Sequence record: SRR2962707_2492
DNA length: 41,608 nucleotides
Strand: one strand, 5' to 3'
Shown here: positions 9,354 to 17,304 of the stretch, piece by piece
Layout of the letters: each line of letters begins with the position of its first letter
Numbering within the stretch: position 1 is the stretch's first letter
Notes under the pieces: model-generated
The model's database searches: none
Told to the model about the DNA's origin: nothing
What the model saw: only the letters and a program-made list of their open reading frames with translations
Translations under genes and position numbers: made by a program

Positions 9354-9722
9354 TCAGAAATGCGCTTTCGGCTCATCCGGTTTTCCGGCGGCTAGCGCCA
9401 GAAAACCGCCCAACCCGGCAAAGGCAATCGGGAACATCGTGAAAACGTTGAACCCGAATGCCCCGTACATCCCAGCCGCCGACAGCAGCAGCAACACACC
9501 GCCCCACAGGGCGCGCGACATCGCCATGGCCCCACCCGCAATCGCCAGCATCGGCGACAGGATCGACACTATACGCACGAAATCCGGGTTGTCGAACATG
9601 CCGAAAGTCGCCTCGACCTCGGCAAAGTTGCGGGCCAGTTCGGTATAGCCGAACCCGACAAACCCCACGATCATCCCGATCACCCCGGCGATGATGCCCA
9701 AAGTCAGTGCAGCGCTGCGCAT
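9354..9722 (-). CDS. Hypothetical membrane protein (about 4 TM segments)
   Basis: MRSAALTLGIIAGVIGMIVG followed by Gly-rich hydrophobic helices. Starts immediately after the stop of the ArsC-family gene. Confidence 0.8.
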   Translation of the reverse strand: MRSAALTLGIIAGVIGMIVGFVGFGYTELARNFAEVEATFGMFDNPDFVRIVSILSPMLAIAGGAMAMSRALWGGVLLLLSAAGMYGAFGFNVFTMFPIAFAGLGGFLALAAGKPDEPKAHF

Positions 9723-9723
9723 C

Positions 9724-10044
9724 TCAGACCCCGCCCTGCAGGGCGATCTGCACAGCCTTGGACCAGCCCAGCCACATCTCGTCACCCTCTGTGATCAACG
9801 GGCGCTTCATCAGGGTGGGATGGTCCTGCAACAGCTCCAGTGGCGGGCGCGCGCGCTCTTGCGCATCCAGCCCGCGCCATGTGGTCGACCGCGTGTTGAC
9901 CACACCGTCGCCAAACACTGTCAGGGCACGTTCCAGCACCGCCAGCGGCACGCCATCTGTGCGCACATCCACAAAAGTGGCCCCATCCAGCGCTTTCTGC
10001 GCTTTGCGACAAGTGTCACATGTTTTCAGTCCGTAAAGGATCAT
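9724..10044 (-). CDS. ArsC/Spx/YffB family protein
   Basis: MILYGLKTCDTCRKA (CxxC), VNTRSTTWRGL and HPTLMKRPLI. RBS AGGAG. Confidence 0.93.
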   Translation of the reverse strand: MILYGLKTCDTCRKAQKALDGATFVDVRTDGVPLAVLERALTVFGDGVVNTRSTTWRGLDAQERARPPLELLQDHPTLMKRPLITEGDEMWLGWSKAVQIALQGGV

Positions 10045-10273
10045 GCCCGCTCCTGTATCATCTTGTTCAAATAATCGTACCCTGCCCGCTTTGCGACCCT
10101 GTTTTGCTTGCTTTTTACATATCCCGTGCAATCCTTTTCCCCACGTGGCCCCCAAGGGTCAACTCCGCAGCGGGTTCCGGCGTCCCTCGCCTGCCGCCCG
10201 GACAGCCCCGAAAGGGCCGCGCCGAACCCCTGACATTTTCAGGGACAAGCAAGACGAGAAGGAGACACGGGAC

Positions 10274-10480
10274 ATGCCGACGGGCACCGTGAAATGGTTC
10301 AACACCACCAAAGGATACGGGTTCATTGCACCCGATGATGGCGGCCAGGATGTGTTTGTGCATATCTCTGCCGTGGAACGCTCAGGCCTTACCGGGCTGG
10401 CCGACGATCAGAAAGTCGGCTTTGAAATGCGCGAAGGCCGTGACGGACGACAGATGGCCTCTGATCTGAAACTTATCTGA
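10274..10480 (+). CDS. cspA: Cold-shock protein (CspA family)
   Basis: GTVKWFNTTKGYGFI (RNP1) and DVFVHISA (RNP2). AAGGAG RBS. Confidence 0.97.
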   Translation: MPTGTVKWFNTTKGYGFIAPDDGGQDVFVHISAVERSGLTGLADDQKVGFEMREGRDGRQMASDLKLI

Positions 10481-10501
10481 ACGCGCGATACCTGAACTAG
10501 A

Positions 10502-10529
10502 TGGCCGGACCTGTCCCGGGACCGGCCAG
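10502..10529. terminator. Hairpin between the convergent csp and metR genes
   Basis: TGGCCGG...CCGGCCA inverted repeat with a weak tail. Confidence 0.4.
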
Positions 10530-10553
10530 TTACCCCCCTGCACGCCCCAGCAC

Positions 10554-11459
10554 CTAAACCGCCTGAAGCTTGACCGCTTCGGTGCGGGCAAATGTGATCA
10601 GGTCGCGCACAAATGGCTTGTCCACATCCGTGCTGCGCGTCGCCGCATAGAGCCGCCGGGTGATGCCCGTCTGCGTCAGTGGGCGGGTTACGTAATCCGA
10701 ATTATACTTGACCTCGCGCACCACCCAATCTGGCAGCACGGCCACACCGCGATTGCTCGCCACCAGCAGCAGGATGACCGCCGTCAGTTCCACCTGCCGG
10801 ATGCTGGCCGGTTCGACCTTGGCCGGGGTCAGCAGCTGGCTGAACACATCCAGCCGCGAACGATCCACCGGATAGGTGATCAGCGTCTGACCACGGAAAT
10901 CCTGCGCCTCGACAAAGGTTTTCTGCGCCAATGGATGGGTTGAGGCGGCAACAAAGACCGCCTTGTAATCAAAAAGCTCGGTAAAGGTGATGCCGGGAAT
11001 GTCCTCGGGGTCCGAGGATACCACCAGATCCACCTCTTCCTTGAGCAGCGCCGGCAGCGCATCAAAGGCAAGCCCCGGCCGGATGTCCACGTCGACATCA
11101 GGCCAGCCCTTGCGAAACGTCTCAAGCACCGGAAAAAGCCATTCAAAACAGGCGTGGCATTCGATCGCGATGTGCATCCGCCCCGTCGACCCGGCCCGCA
11201 AGCCGCTGAATTCCTCTTGCAAGGCCTCAACCTGGGGCAGGACCTGTTCGGCCAGCCGCAGCAGGCGCATGCCGGCGGGCGACAGCTTCATCGGTTTTGA
11301 TCGGCGCACAAACAGCTCGACCCCTGCCTGATCCTCAAGCCCCTTGATCTGATGACTAAGCGCGGATTGCGTTATGTTCAACTGATCCGCCGCCTTCGCC
11401 ACGCCCCCCGCCTCATAGATCGCCTTGATCGTGCGAAGATGCCTGAATTCGATATGCAT
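10554..11459 (-). CDS. metR: LysR-family regulator MetR
   Basis: MHIEFRHLRT...TQSALSHQIKGLE HTH and the MetR-specific IECHACFEWL. Divergent from metF. Confidence 0.93.
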   Translation of the reverse strand: MHIEFRHLRTIKAIYEAGGVAKAADQLNITQSALSHQIKGLEDQAGVELFVRRSKPMKLSPAGMRLLRLAEQVLPQVEALQEEFSGLRAGSTGRMHIAIECHACFEWLFPVLETFRKGWPDVDVDIRPGLAFDALPALLKEEVDLVVSSDPEDIPGITFTELFDYKAVFVAASTHPLAQKTFVEAQDFRGQTLITYPVDRSRLDVFSQLLTPAKVEPASIRQVELTAVILLLVASNRGVAVLPDWVVREVKYNSDYVTRPLTQTGITRRLYAATRSTDVDKPFVRDLITFARTEAVKLQAV

Positions 11460-11472
11460 TTTAGGTATCGGC

Positions 11473-11508
11473 CTCATGTTGTTGATGAGTATTATGAGTT
11501 TGTCTCAC
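11473..11508. promoter_or_regulatory. Candidate MetR binding sites
   Basis: CTCAT-N7-ATGAG (11473-11489) and ATGAG-N5-CTCAC (11494-11508) dyads in the metR-metF divergent spacer. Confidence 0.55.
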
Positions 11509-11554
11509 ACTGGGGGATATGCAACAAGTCGGGAAACGCACAAGGACGCCTGCC

Positions 11555-12421
11555 ATGACCCGCCCCGAGATTTCATTTGAGTTCTTCCCGCCCAAGAACA
11601 TCGAAGCCACCTTTCGCCTCTGGGACACTGTTCAGGTATTGGCCCCGCTGGCGCCACGGTTCGTGTCGGTCACCTATGGCGCGGGCGGCACCACGCGCGA
11701 TCTGACCCGGGATGTGGTGTCGACCTTGCAGAAAAATTCCGGCCTGCGCACCGCAGCGCATCTGACCTGCGTCGATGCAACTCGCGATGAAACACTGCAA
11801 ATCGCCCGCGATTTCGCCGCCGCCGGCGTGACCGACATCGTCGCCCTGCGCGGCGACCCGCCCAAGGGCGCAAACGGCTTTGTGCCCCACCCCGATGGCT
11901 TCAAAAGCTCTGTCGAACTGATCGAGGCACTGAAAGACGCCGGTGATTTTACCATTCGCGTCGGCGCCTACCCCGACAAACACCCCGAGGCACCCAGCGC
12001 CACGGCGGATGTCGAATATCTCAAACGCAAACTCGACGCTGGCGCTGACGAGGCGCTGACCCAGTTTTTCTTTGAGGCTGACACCTTCTTTCGGTTCCGC
12101 GATGCCTGCGCCAAGGCTGGGATCGACAAACCCATCGTGCCGGGCATCTTTCCGATCGAAAACTGGAAAGGCGCGCGTCGCTTTGCCGATTCCTGCGGCA
12201 CGCATATCCCCGAATGGGTCATCGACGCATTCGAAACCGCCACCCGGGACGGACGGCAGGATCTGCTGGCCACTGCGATGTGCACCGAACTCTGCTCGAA
12301 TCTGATCGACGGTGGGGTGGATAAGCTGCACTTTTACACGCTCAACCGCCCCGAACTAACGCGCGATGTCTGCTTTGCACTGGGCGTGACGCCCGACGTA
12401 ACCCTTGAAGACGTCGCCTGA
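11555..12421 (+). CDS. metF: 5,10-methylenetetrahydrofolate reductase
   Basis: ISFEFFPPK, FVSVTYGAGG, AHLTC, ALRGDPP, TQFFF and HFYTLN. Confidence 0.98.
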   Translation: MTRPEISFEFFPPKNIEATFRLWDTVQVLAPLAPRFVSVTYGAGGTTRDLTRDVVSTLQKNSGLRTAAHLTCVDATRDETLQIARDFAAAGVTDIVALRGDPPKGANGFVPHPDGFKSSVELIEALKDAGDFTIRVGAYPDKHPEAPSATADVEYLKRKLDAGADEALTQFFFEADTFFRFRDACAKAGIDKPIVPGIFPIENWKGARRFADSCGTHIPEWVIDAFETATRDGRQDLLATAMCTELCSNLIDGGVDKLHFYTLNRPELTRDVCFALGVTPDVTLEDVA

Positions 12422-12505
12422 CCGGGCCACCGGGGCTATGAATATTGTCCCGACCTATCCGCCTGCCCCTTGCCACTGTCGCGCGGCCACGGCACGTTCA
12501 GTTGT

Positions 12506-12967
12506 ATGATACGCCCTGCCCGCCCCGATGATCTGAACACCATTCGCGCCATCGCGGTCGCGGCTTATGCGCCCTATATTCCACTGATCGGTCGCAAACC
12601 CGCCCCGATGGAAGCGGACTTTGCCGCCCAGATCGCCGCTCACACCCTCTATGTCGCAGACCCGGACGACACCGCGCCGCTTGGCTTTGTGGTTTTCTAT
12701 CCGGCGGGGGATTCGATGTTTCTGGAAAATATCGCCGTTGACCGGGCCGTCGGCGGTCAGGGCATCGGCAGGGCGCTGATGACCTATTGCGAAACGCAGG
12801 CGCGCACGGCCGGGATGGTGGCGGTCACGCTTTATACCAACGCCCTGATGGCCGACAATCTGCGCATCTATCCGCATCTTGGCTATGTCCAGACCGACCG
12901 TCGGCACGAAGACGGCTTTGACCGGGTCTATTTCCGCAAGGACCTGCACCAAAGCGTCTCAGACTGA
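12506..12967 (+). CDS. GNAT family N-acetyltransferase
   Basis: MIRPARPDDL, LENIAV...GGQGIGRALM (acetyl-CoA motif A) and NLRIYPHLGY. Confidence 0.9.
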   Translation: MIRPARPDDLNTIRAIAVAAYAPYIPLIGRKPAPMEADFAAQIAAHTLYVADPDDTAPLGFVVFYPAGDSMFLENIAVDRAVGGQGIGRALMTYCETQARTAGMVAVTLYTNALMADNLRIYPHLGYVQTDRRHEDGFDRVYFRKDLHQSVSD

Positions 12968-13042
12968 ACCCGAAGCGGATGTGCGCTGTCCTTCCCTTTG
13001 GTCGAACGCAAACTCCGATGCTCTTTGTCCCAGTTTGAATCC

Positions 13043-13284
13043 GAAACGCCGAACACCGCCGCCCGCCTGGTCCCTGTAAAACCGGTGCGCCGCCGCGATG
13101 ACCTGCGCGCCCAGCGCGGGGATCGCCTTGGGGCAAATCTAGTTTGAAGCGCCCGAAGAAAGTGCTCGGCGCGTCCTGCGCCCTGCCGCGGGCCACCATT
13201 CTGAAAAACCCCGTGGTATTCTGCGGCAGGTGTGCCAGTGTTATGCTGAACATCAGCAATGTCGGTCCCGACAGCCTGCCTTGG
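13043..13284 (+). pseudogene. bhcB: Eroded 3' remnant of beta-hydroxyaspartate dehydratase
   Basis: 13144-13284 reads LKRPKKVLGASCALPRATILKNPVVFCGRCASVMLNISNVGPDSLPW. This parallels the BhcB/serine-dehydratase C-terminus (W.RMK.V.EPS.AVPLA.ILKN..VF.GKRVGVI.TGGNVDLD.LPW). A weaker match ETPNTAARLVPVK lies upstream in another frame. The position is the expected one, directly before bhcC. Confidence 0.75.
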
Positions 13285-13339
13285 TCAAGTGTCATCGCCG
13301 GGGTCGCCCCATCCGTTTTCTCAACGCGAGAAGAGAACT

Positions 13340-14503
13340 ATGAAAGACCACACAGATTTCACCGACTTAGAGGTTGGTTATGACATTCCCGCCCTGCCAG
13401 GCATGGATGAAGCCGACATTCAGACGCCCTGCCTGATCCTTGATCTTGATGCGCTGGAACGCAACATCACCAAGATGGGCGATTTCGCCAAATCCCACGG
13501 CATGCGCCACCGGGTCCATGGCAAGATGCACAAATCCGTCGATGTCGCCCTGCTTCAGGAACGTCTTGGCGGGTCCTGTGGCGTCTGCTGTCAAAAGGTG
13601 TCCGAGGCCGAAGTGTTCGCCCGTGGCGGCATCACGGATGTGCTGGTGACCAATCAGGTCACCCAACCGGCCAAGATCGACCGCCTTGCCCGCCTGCCAT
13701 TGCTTGGCGCGCGCACCATCTGCTGTGTCGATGACATGGATAACATCCCGAACCTGTCCGCCGCCGCGCAAAAACACGGCACCCAGATCGAATGTCTGGT
13801 GGAAATCGATTGCGGTGACGGGCGCTGCGGCGTGACAACCACGCCCCAGGTCGTGGAACTCGCCCGGGCCATCGACGCCGCCAAGGGTCTGAAATTCGCG
13901 GGCCTTCAGGCCTATCAGGGCGCGATGCAACACCTCGACAGCTATGAGGACCGCAAAGCCAAGGCCGATATCGCCGTTGCCATAGTCACCCACGCCATTG
14001 CCGCACTCAAGGCCGAAGGGATCGATTGCGACACCGTCAGTGGCGGCGGCACCGGCTCCTACTACTTCGAATCCGCCTCCGGGGTGTTCAACGAACTCCA
14101 GTGCGGCTCTTACGCCTTTATGGACGCCGACTATGGCCGCATTCATGGCAAGGACGGCAACCGCATCGATCAGGGCGAATGGGAAAACGCGCTCTTCGTC
14201 CTCACCAGTGTTATGAGCCACGCCAAAGCCGACAAGGCCATCGTCGATGCCGGGCTCAAGACCCATTCGGTCGATTCCGGCCTGCCGGTGATCTTTGGCC
14301 GCACGGATGTGAGTTACGTCAAATGCTCGGACGAACACGGCGTCGTGTCCGACCCTAATGGCGTGCTCCAGGTCAACGATACCCTCCGCCTCGTCCCGGG
14401 CCACTGCGACCCCACCTGCAATATCCACGACTGGTATGTCGGCGTGCGCGGCGGCAAGGTCGAAACCCTCTGGCCCATCTCGGCCCGCGGCAAGGCGTAC
14501 TGA
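13340..14503 (+). CDS. bhcC: Beta-hydroxyaspartate aldolase-like PLP enzyme (DSD1/D-threonine aldolase family)
   Basis: EVGYDIPALPGMDE, HGKMHKS (PLP Lys), CCQKVSEAE, ELQCGSYAFMDADY, SDEHG, PGHCDPTCN and ARGKAY. 387 aa, colinear with Paracoccus BhcC as recalled. Confidence 0.93.
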   Translation: MKDHTDFTDLEVGYDIPALPGMDEADIQTPCLILDLDALERNITKMGDFAKSHGMRHRVHGKMHKSVDVALLQERLGGSCGVCCQKVSEAEVFARGGITDVLVTNQVTQPAKIDRLARLPLLGARTICCVDDMDNIPNLSAAAQKHGTQIECLVEIDCGDGRCGVTTTPQVVELARAIDAAKGLKFAGLQAYQGAMQHLDSYEDRKAKADIAVAIVTHAIAALKAEGIDCDTVSGGGTGSYYFESASGVFNELQCGSYAFMDADYGRIHGKDGNRIDQGEWENALFVLTSVMSHAKADKAIVDAGLKTHSVDSGLPVIFGRTDVSYVKCSDEHGVVSDPNGVLQVNDTLRLVPGHCDPTCNIHDWYVGVRGGKVETLWPISARGKAY

Positions 14504-14544
14504 TACAGGTCTGCCCGCCCATCAGCCTGGGCCGAGCCAGAAAA

Positions 14545-14599
14545 CCATATACCAGCCATACGGCAACCATACGGTTTCCATACGCTTTCCACATGCCCC
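14545..14599. repeat. Degenerate 11-bp tandem repeat, 5 units
   Basis: CCATATACCAG CCATACGGCAA CCATACGGTTT CCATACGCTTT CCACATGCCCC. Units start at 14545, 14556, 14567, 14578 and 14589. Confidence 0.8.
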
Positions 14600-14822
14600 T
14601 TTCGACCCCTCAAAGACCGCAGAAAGACCCAAATACGCCGGTGATGCGGTCCGGGTGACAATTGGCAGACCACCCTGCGCACCGCTGCCTTTGCCGTATC
14701 CATTCAAACATCTTGCACGCAGAGTCCCAATGACTCGGCATAATCCGTGCCGTGCATTTATCCATTTGTGAACATCTGAATCACCTCTGGCTTCGTCTTT
14801 AGCCTGCCAAAGGCACGTCCTA

Positions 14823-14957
14823 CACTAGGGACGCAGCAGCACCGGAAAAATCATCCCGCTCGACGGCACCAAATTTGGTCTACTAGACCTTGCAGTCGCC
14901 GCCAAAGTGGTGGAGCTTGCACAGCAGAACGACATCGCTCTCGACGTCGATTTCTGA
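14823..14957 (+). pseudogene. bhcD: Eroded 3' remnant of iminosuccinate reductase (ornithine cyclodeaminase family)
   Basis: Reads H*GRSSTGKIIPLDGTKFGLLDLAVAAKVVELAQQNDIALDVDF*. This parallels the BhcD C-terminus HPGR.S...ITLFDGTGVGLQDLAVA...V.LA...G.A.EVDF. It has an in-frame TAG at 14826 and no start. The position is the expected one, after bhcC. Confidence 0.8.
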
Positions 14958-14972
14958 TGTAGAGGCAATGAC

Positions 14973-15965
14973 ATGCGCGTGGCTCTGAACGGTTTCGGCA
15001 GGATCGGACGCACAATCCTGCGCCAGCTTCTGGCATCCCACACTGATATCGAAATCGCCCTGATCAACGATATCGCCCCGCTGGACACCTGTGCCTACCT
15101 GTTTCGCTATGACTCGGTCTTCGGACCCTTTCCCGGAACGGTGCGCGCGGATACCGGGACGCTCGCGGTTGACGAACGGCTAATCCCGTTCAGCCACAAA
15201 AAAGATCTCGCCGAACTGGATCTTTCAGGCATCGATATCCTGATGGATTGCACCGGCATCATCCACACCCGCGCCCATGCTGCACGCGGGCTGACTGCGG
15301 GGGCGAAAAATGTCCTGATTTCCGGCCCCTGCGATGAGGCCGAAAAAACCATCGTCCTTGGCGCAAACGAGGGTCAGCTTGGCGATGCCCGCATCGTGTC
15401 CAACGCGTCCTGCACAACCAATGCGCTCGCGCCCCTGCTGCGCGTGCTACAGGACACCTGGGGTATCGCGCAGGGCCATATGACCACGATCCACTGCTAC
15501 ACTGGCAGTCAGCCCATGGTCGACGCGCCGCGCGGCGACCTTGCCCGCAGCCGTGCCGGGGCCGTGTCCATGGTGCCCACCACCACCAGCGCCACGCGCC
15601 TGATCGACCAGGTCCTGCCCGACATCGCGGGCCGCGTCACCGGCGCCGCCGTCCGCGTCCCGGTCATCAGCGTCTCTGCCATTGATCTGGTCGTGACGCT
15701 AAAAACCATTCCTGATCAATCTCTTGACATCCATCTGGAACAGATCTCACAGGCATCAAAGGTGCTGGGCATCACCCGGGATGCCACAGTCTCGACGGAC
15801 CTGCGTGCCCGGCCAGAATCCCTTGTCATTGCGCTACCGGAAACCATCCAGACCGGCAATCAGGTGCGGATCTTTGGCTGGTACGACAACGAATGGGGCT
15901 TTTCCGCGCGAATGATTGACATGGCACGCCTGATGGCGGCCCGACCGCCACGCCGGTCATCCTGA
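14973..15965 (+). CDS. gap: Type I glyceraldehyde-3-phosphate dehydrogenase family protein (divergent paralog)
   Basis: NGFGRIGR, YDSVFG, SNASCTTN (catalytic Cys), AVRVP and WYDNEWGFS. Confidence 0.9.
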   Translation: MRVALNGFGRIGRTILRQLLASHTDIEIALINDIAPLDTCAYLFRYDSVFGPFPGTVRADTGTLAVDERLIPFSHKKDLAELDLSGIDILMDCTGIIHTRAHAARGLTAGAKNVLISGPCDEAEKTIVLGANEGQLGDARIVSNASCTTNALAPLLRVLQDTWGIAQGHMTTIHCYTGSQPMVDAPRGDLARSRAGAVSMVPTTTSATRLIDQVLPDIAGRVTGAAVRVPVISVSAIDLVVTLKTIPDQSLDIHLEQISQASKVLGITRDATVSTDLRARPESLVIALPETIQTGNQVRIFGWYDNEWGFSARMIDMARLMAARPPRRSS

Positions 15966-16020
15966 ACGGATCCGCAGGATTCCCCTCGAAGGTGACCTGC
16001 TTTGCGGGTAAGGCAAGCGC

Positions 16021-17136
16021 ATGACCACTGACACCCCTTTCGAGATTTTCCTCGTCGCCCCGCCGGGCCTGGAATGCCTGCTCTGCGCCGAGGCGCTGGA
16101 AAAGGGATTTACCTGTCCCACCGTCACCCCCGGTGGCGTCACGATCACTGGCGGTTGGCCTGACGTCTGGCGTGCCAATCTGATGCTGCGCGGGGCATCG
16201 CGTGTGCTGGCCCGCATCGGCGCGATCCGGGTCATGCACCTGGCGCAACTCGACAAACGTGCGCGAAAATTTCCTTGGGCCGAAACCCTGCGCCCGGACG
16301 TGCCTGTCCGTGTCGATGTCACTTGCAAGGCGTCGCGCATTTATCATGCCGGCGCTGCCACCCAGCGCATCGAAACCGCGTTGCGCGAAACCCTGGGCGT
16401 GACCATTGCCGCCGACGCCCCCCTGCGCCTTATGGCCCGGATCGAGGATGACCTATGTACCTTTTCCCTCGATACCTCGGGCGAACCTCTGCACAAGCGC
16501 GGCCACAAGGAGGCCGTGGGCAAGGCACCTATGCGCGAAACGCTGGCCTCGCTCTTTCTGCGCCAATGCGGCTACAAAGGGTCGGAACCGGTGGTGGACC
16601 CCATGTGCGGATCGGGCACCTTTGTGATCGAGGCCGCTGAAATCGCCAAGGGGCTGCACCCGGGCCGCACGCGCAGTTTCGCATTCGAACAATTCGCAAG
16701 TTTCGATAACGCCTTATGGCAGCAGATGCGCCGCGCCGGTCCGCCAGTGGCACCGGCGTCCCGGTATTACGGCAGCGACCGTGACACCGGCGCCATCCGA
16801 ATGAGCACCGCCAACGCCGAACGCGCAGGTGTCGGTGACATCGCGAGCTTTCGCCACAACGCGGTCAGCGACCTGATCCGCCCTGACGGCCCGCCCGGTC
16901 TTGTCATGGTGAACCCGCCCTACGGCACACGTATTGGCGAAAAGAAGCTGTTGTTCGCCGTCTACGGTGCCCTGGGCAAGACCCTGCTGGACCGTTTCAG
17001 CGGTTGGCGAATCGGGATGGTCACGACCGATCTGGGCCTCGCCAAGGCGTCCGCCCTGCCCTTTGCACCGCCCATCGCACCGGTGTCACACGGCGGGCTA
17101 CGGATACATCTTCTTCAGACGGCTCCGCTGCGCTGA
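16021..17136 (+). CDS. THUMP-domain class I SAM-dependent RNA methyltransferase (RlmL-like)
   Basis: SLDTSGEPLHKRG, APMRETLA, DPMCGSGTFVIEAA and NPPYG. Confidence 0.92.
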   Translation: MTTDTPFEIFLVAPPGLECLLCAEALEKGFTCPTVTPGGVTITGGWPDVWRANLMLRGASRVLARIGAIRVMHLAQLDKRARKFPWAETLRPDVPVRVDVTCKASRIYHAGAATQRIETALRETLGVTIAADAPLRLMARIEDDLCTFSLDTSGEPLHKRGHKEAVGKAPMRETLASLFLRQCGYKGSEPVVDPMCGSGTFVIEAAEIAKGLHPGRTRSFAFEQFASFDNALWQQMRRAGPPVAPASRYYGSDRDTGAIRMSTANAERAGVGDIASFRHNAVSDLIRPDGPPGLVMVNPPYGTRIGEKKLLFAVYGALGKTLLDRFSGWRIGMVTTDLGLAKASALPFAPPIAPVSHGGLRIHLLQTAPLR

Positions 17137-17304
17137 CTCCAAAAACTTGTCTTTAAGTTGCGGGCCCCTGTAGGGTTTTCGGTTTTCGTCGGTTTTTATC
17201 GTTGTCTCGCCAATTTTACAGAAAAGCTTCCGGGGTCGGTAAAGGGGATAGTCACCATTTCCGGCAAATCTGCCGTTCAGTCACGAATCGAGGATTGGAT
17301 GGAA

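Noticed and set aside
11460-11554. SAM or cobalamin riboswitch upstream of metF
   Set aside because: The spacer is only 95 bp, no riboswitch consensus is visible, and LysR-type dyads explain it.
12968-13339. Glycine riboswitch upstream of the glycine-producing aldolase
   Set aside because: No glycine aptamer consensus was seen, and the region is better explained as a bhcB remnant.
14545-14599. Repeat array considered as a mini-CRISPR
   Set aside because: Units are 11 bp with no unique spacers, and no cas genes are present in the window.
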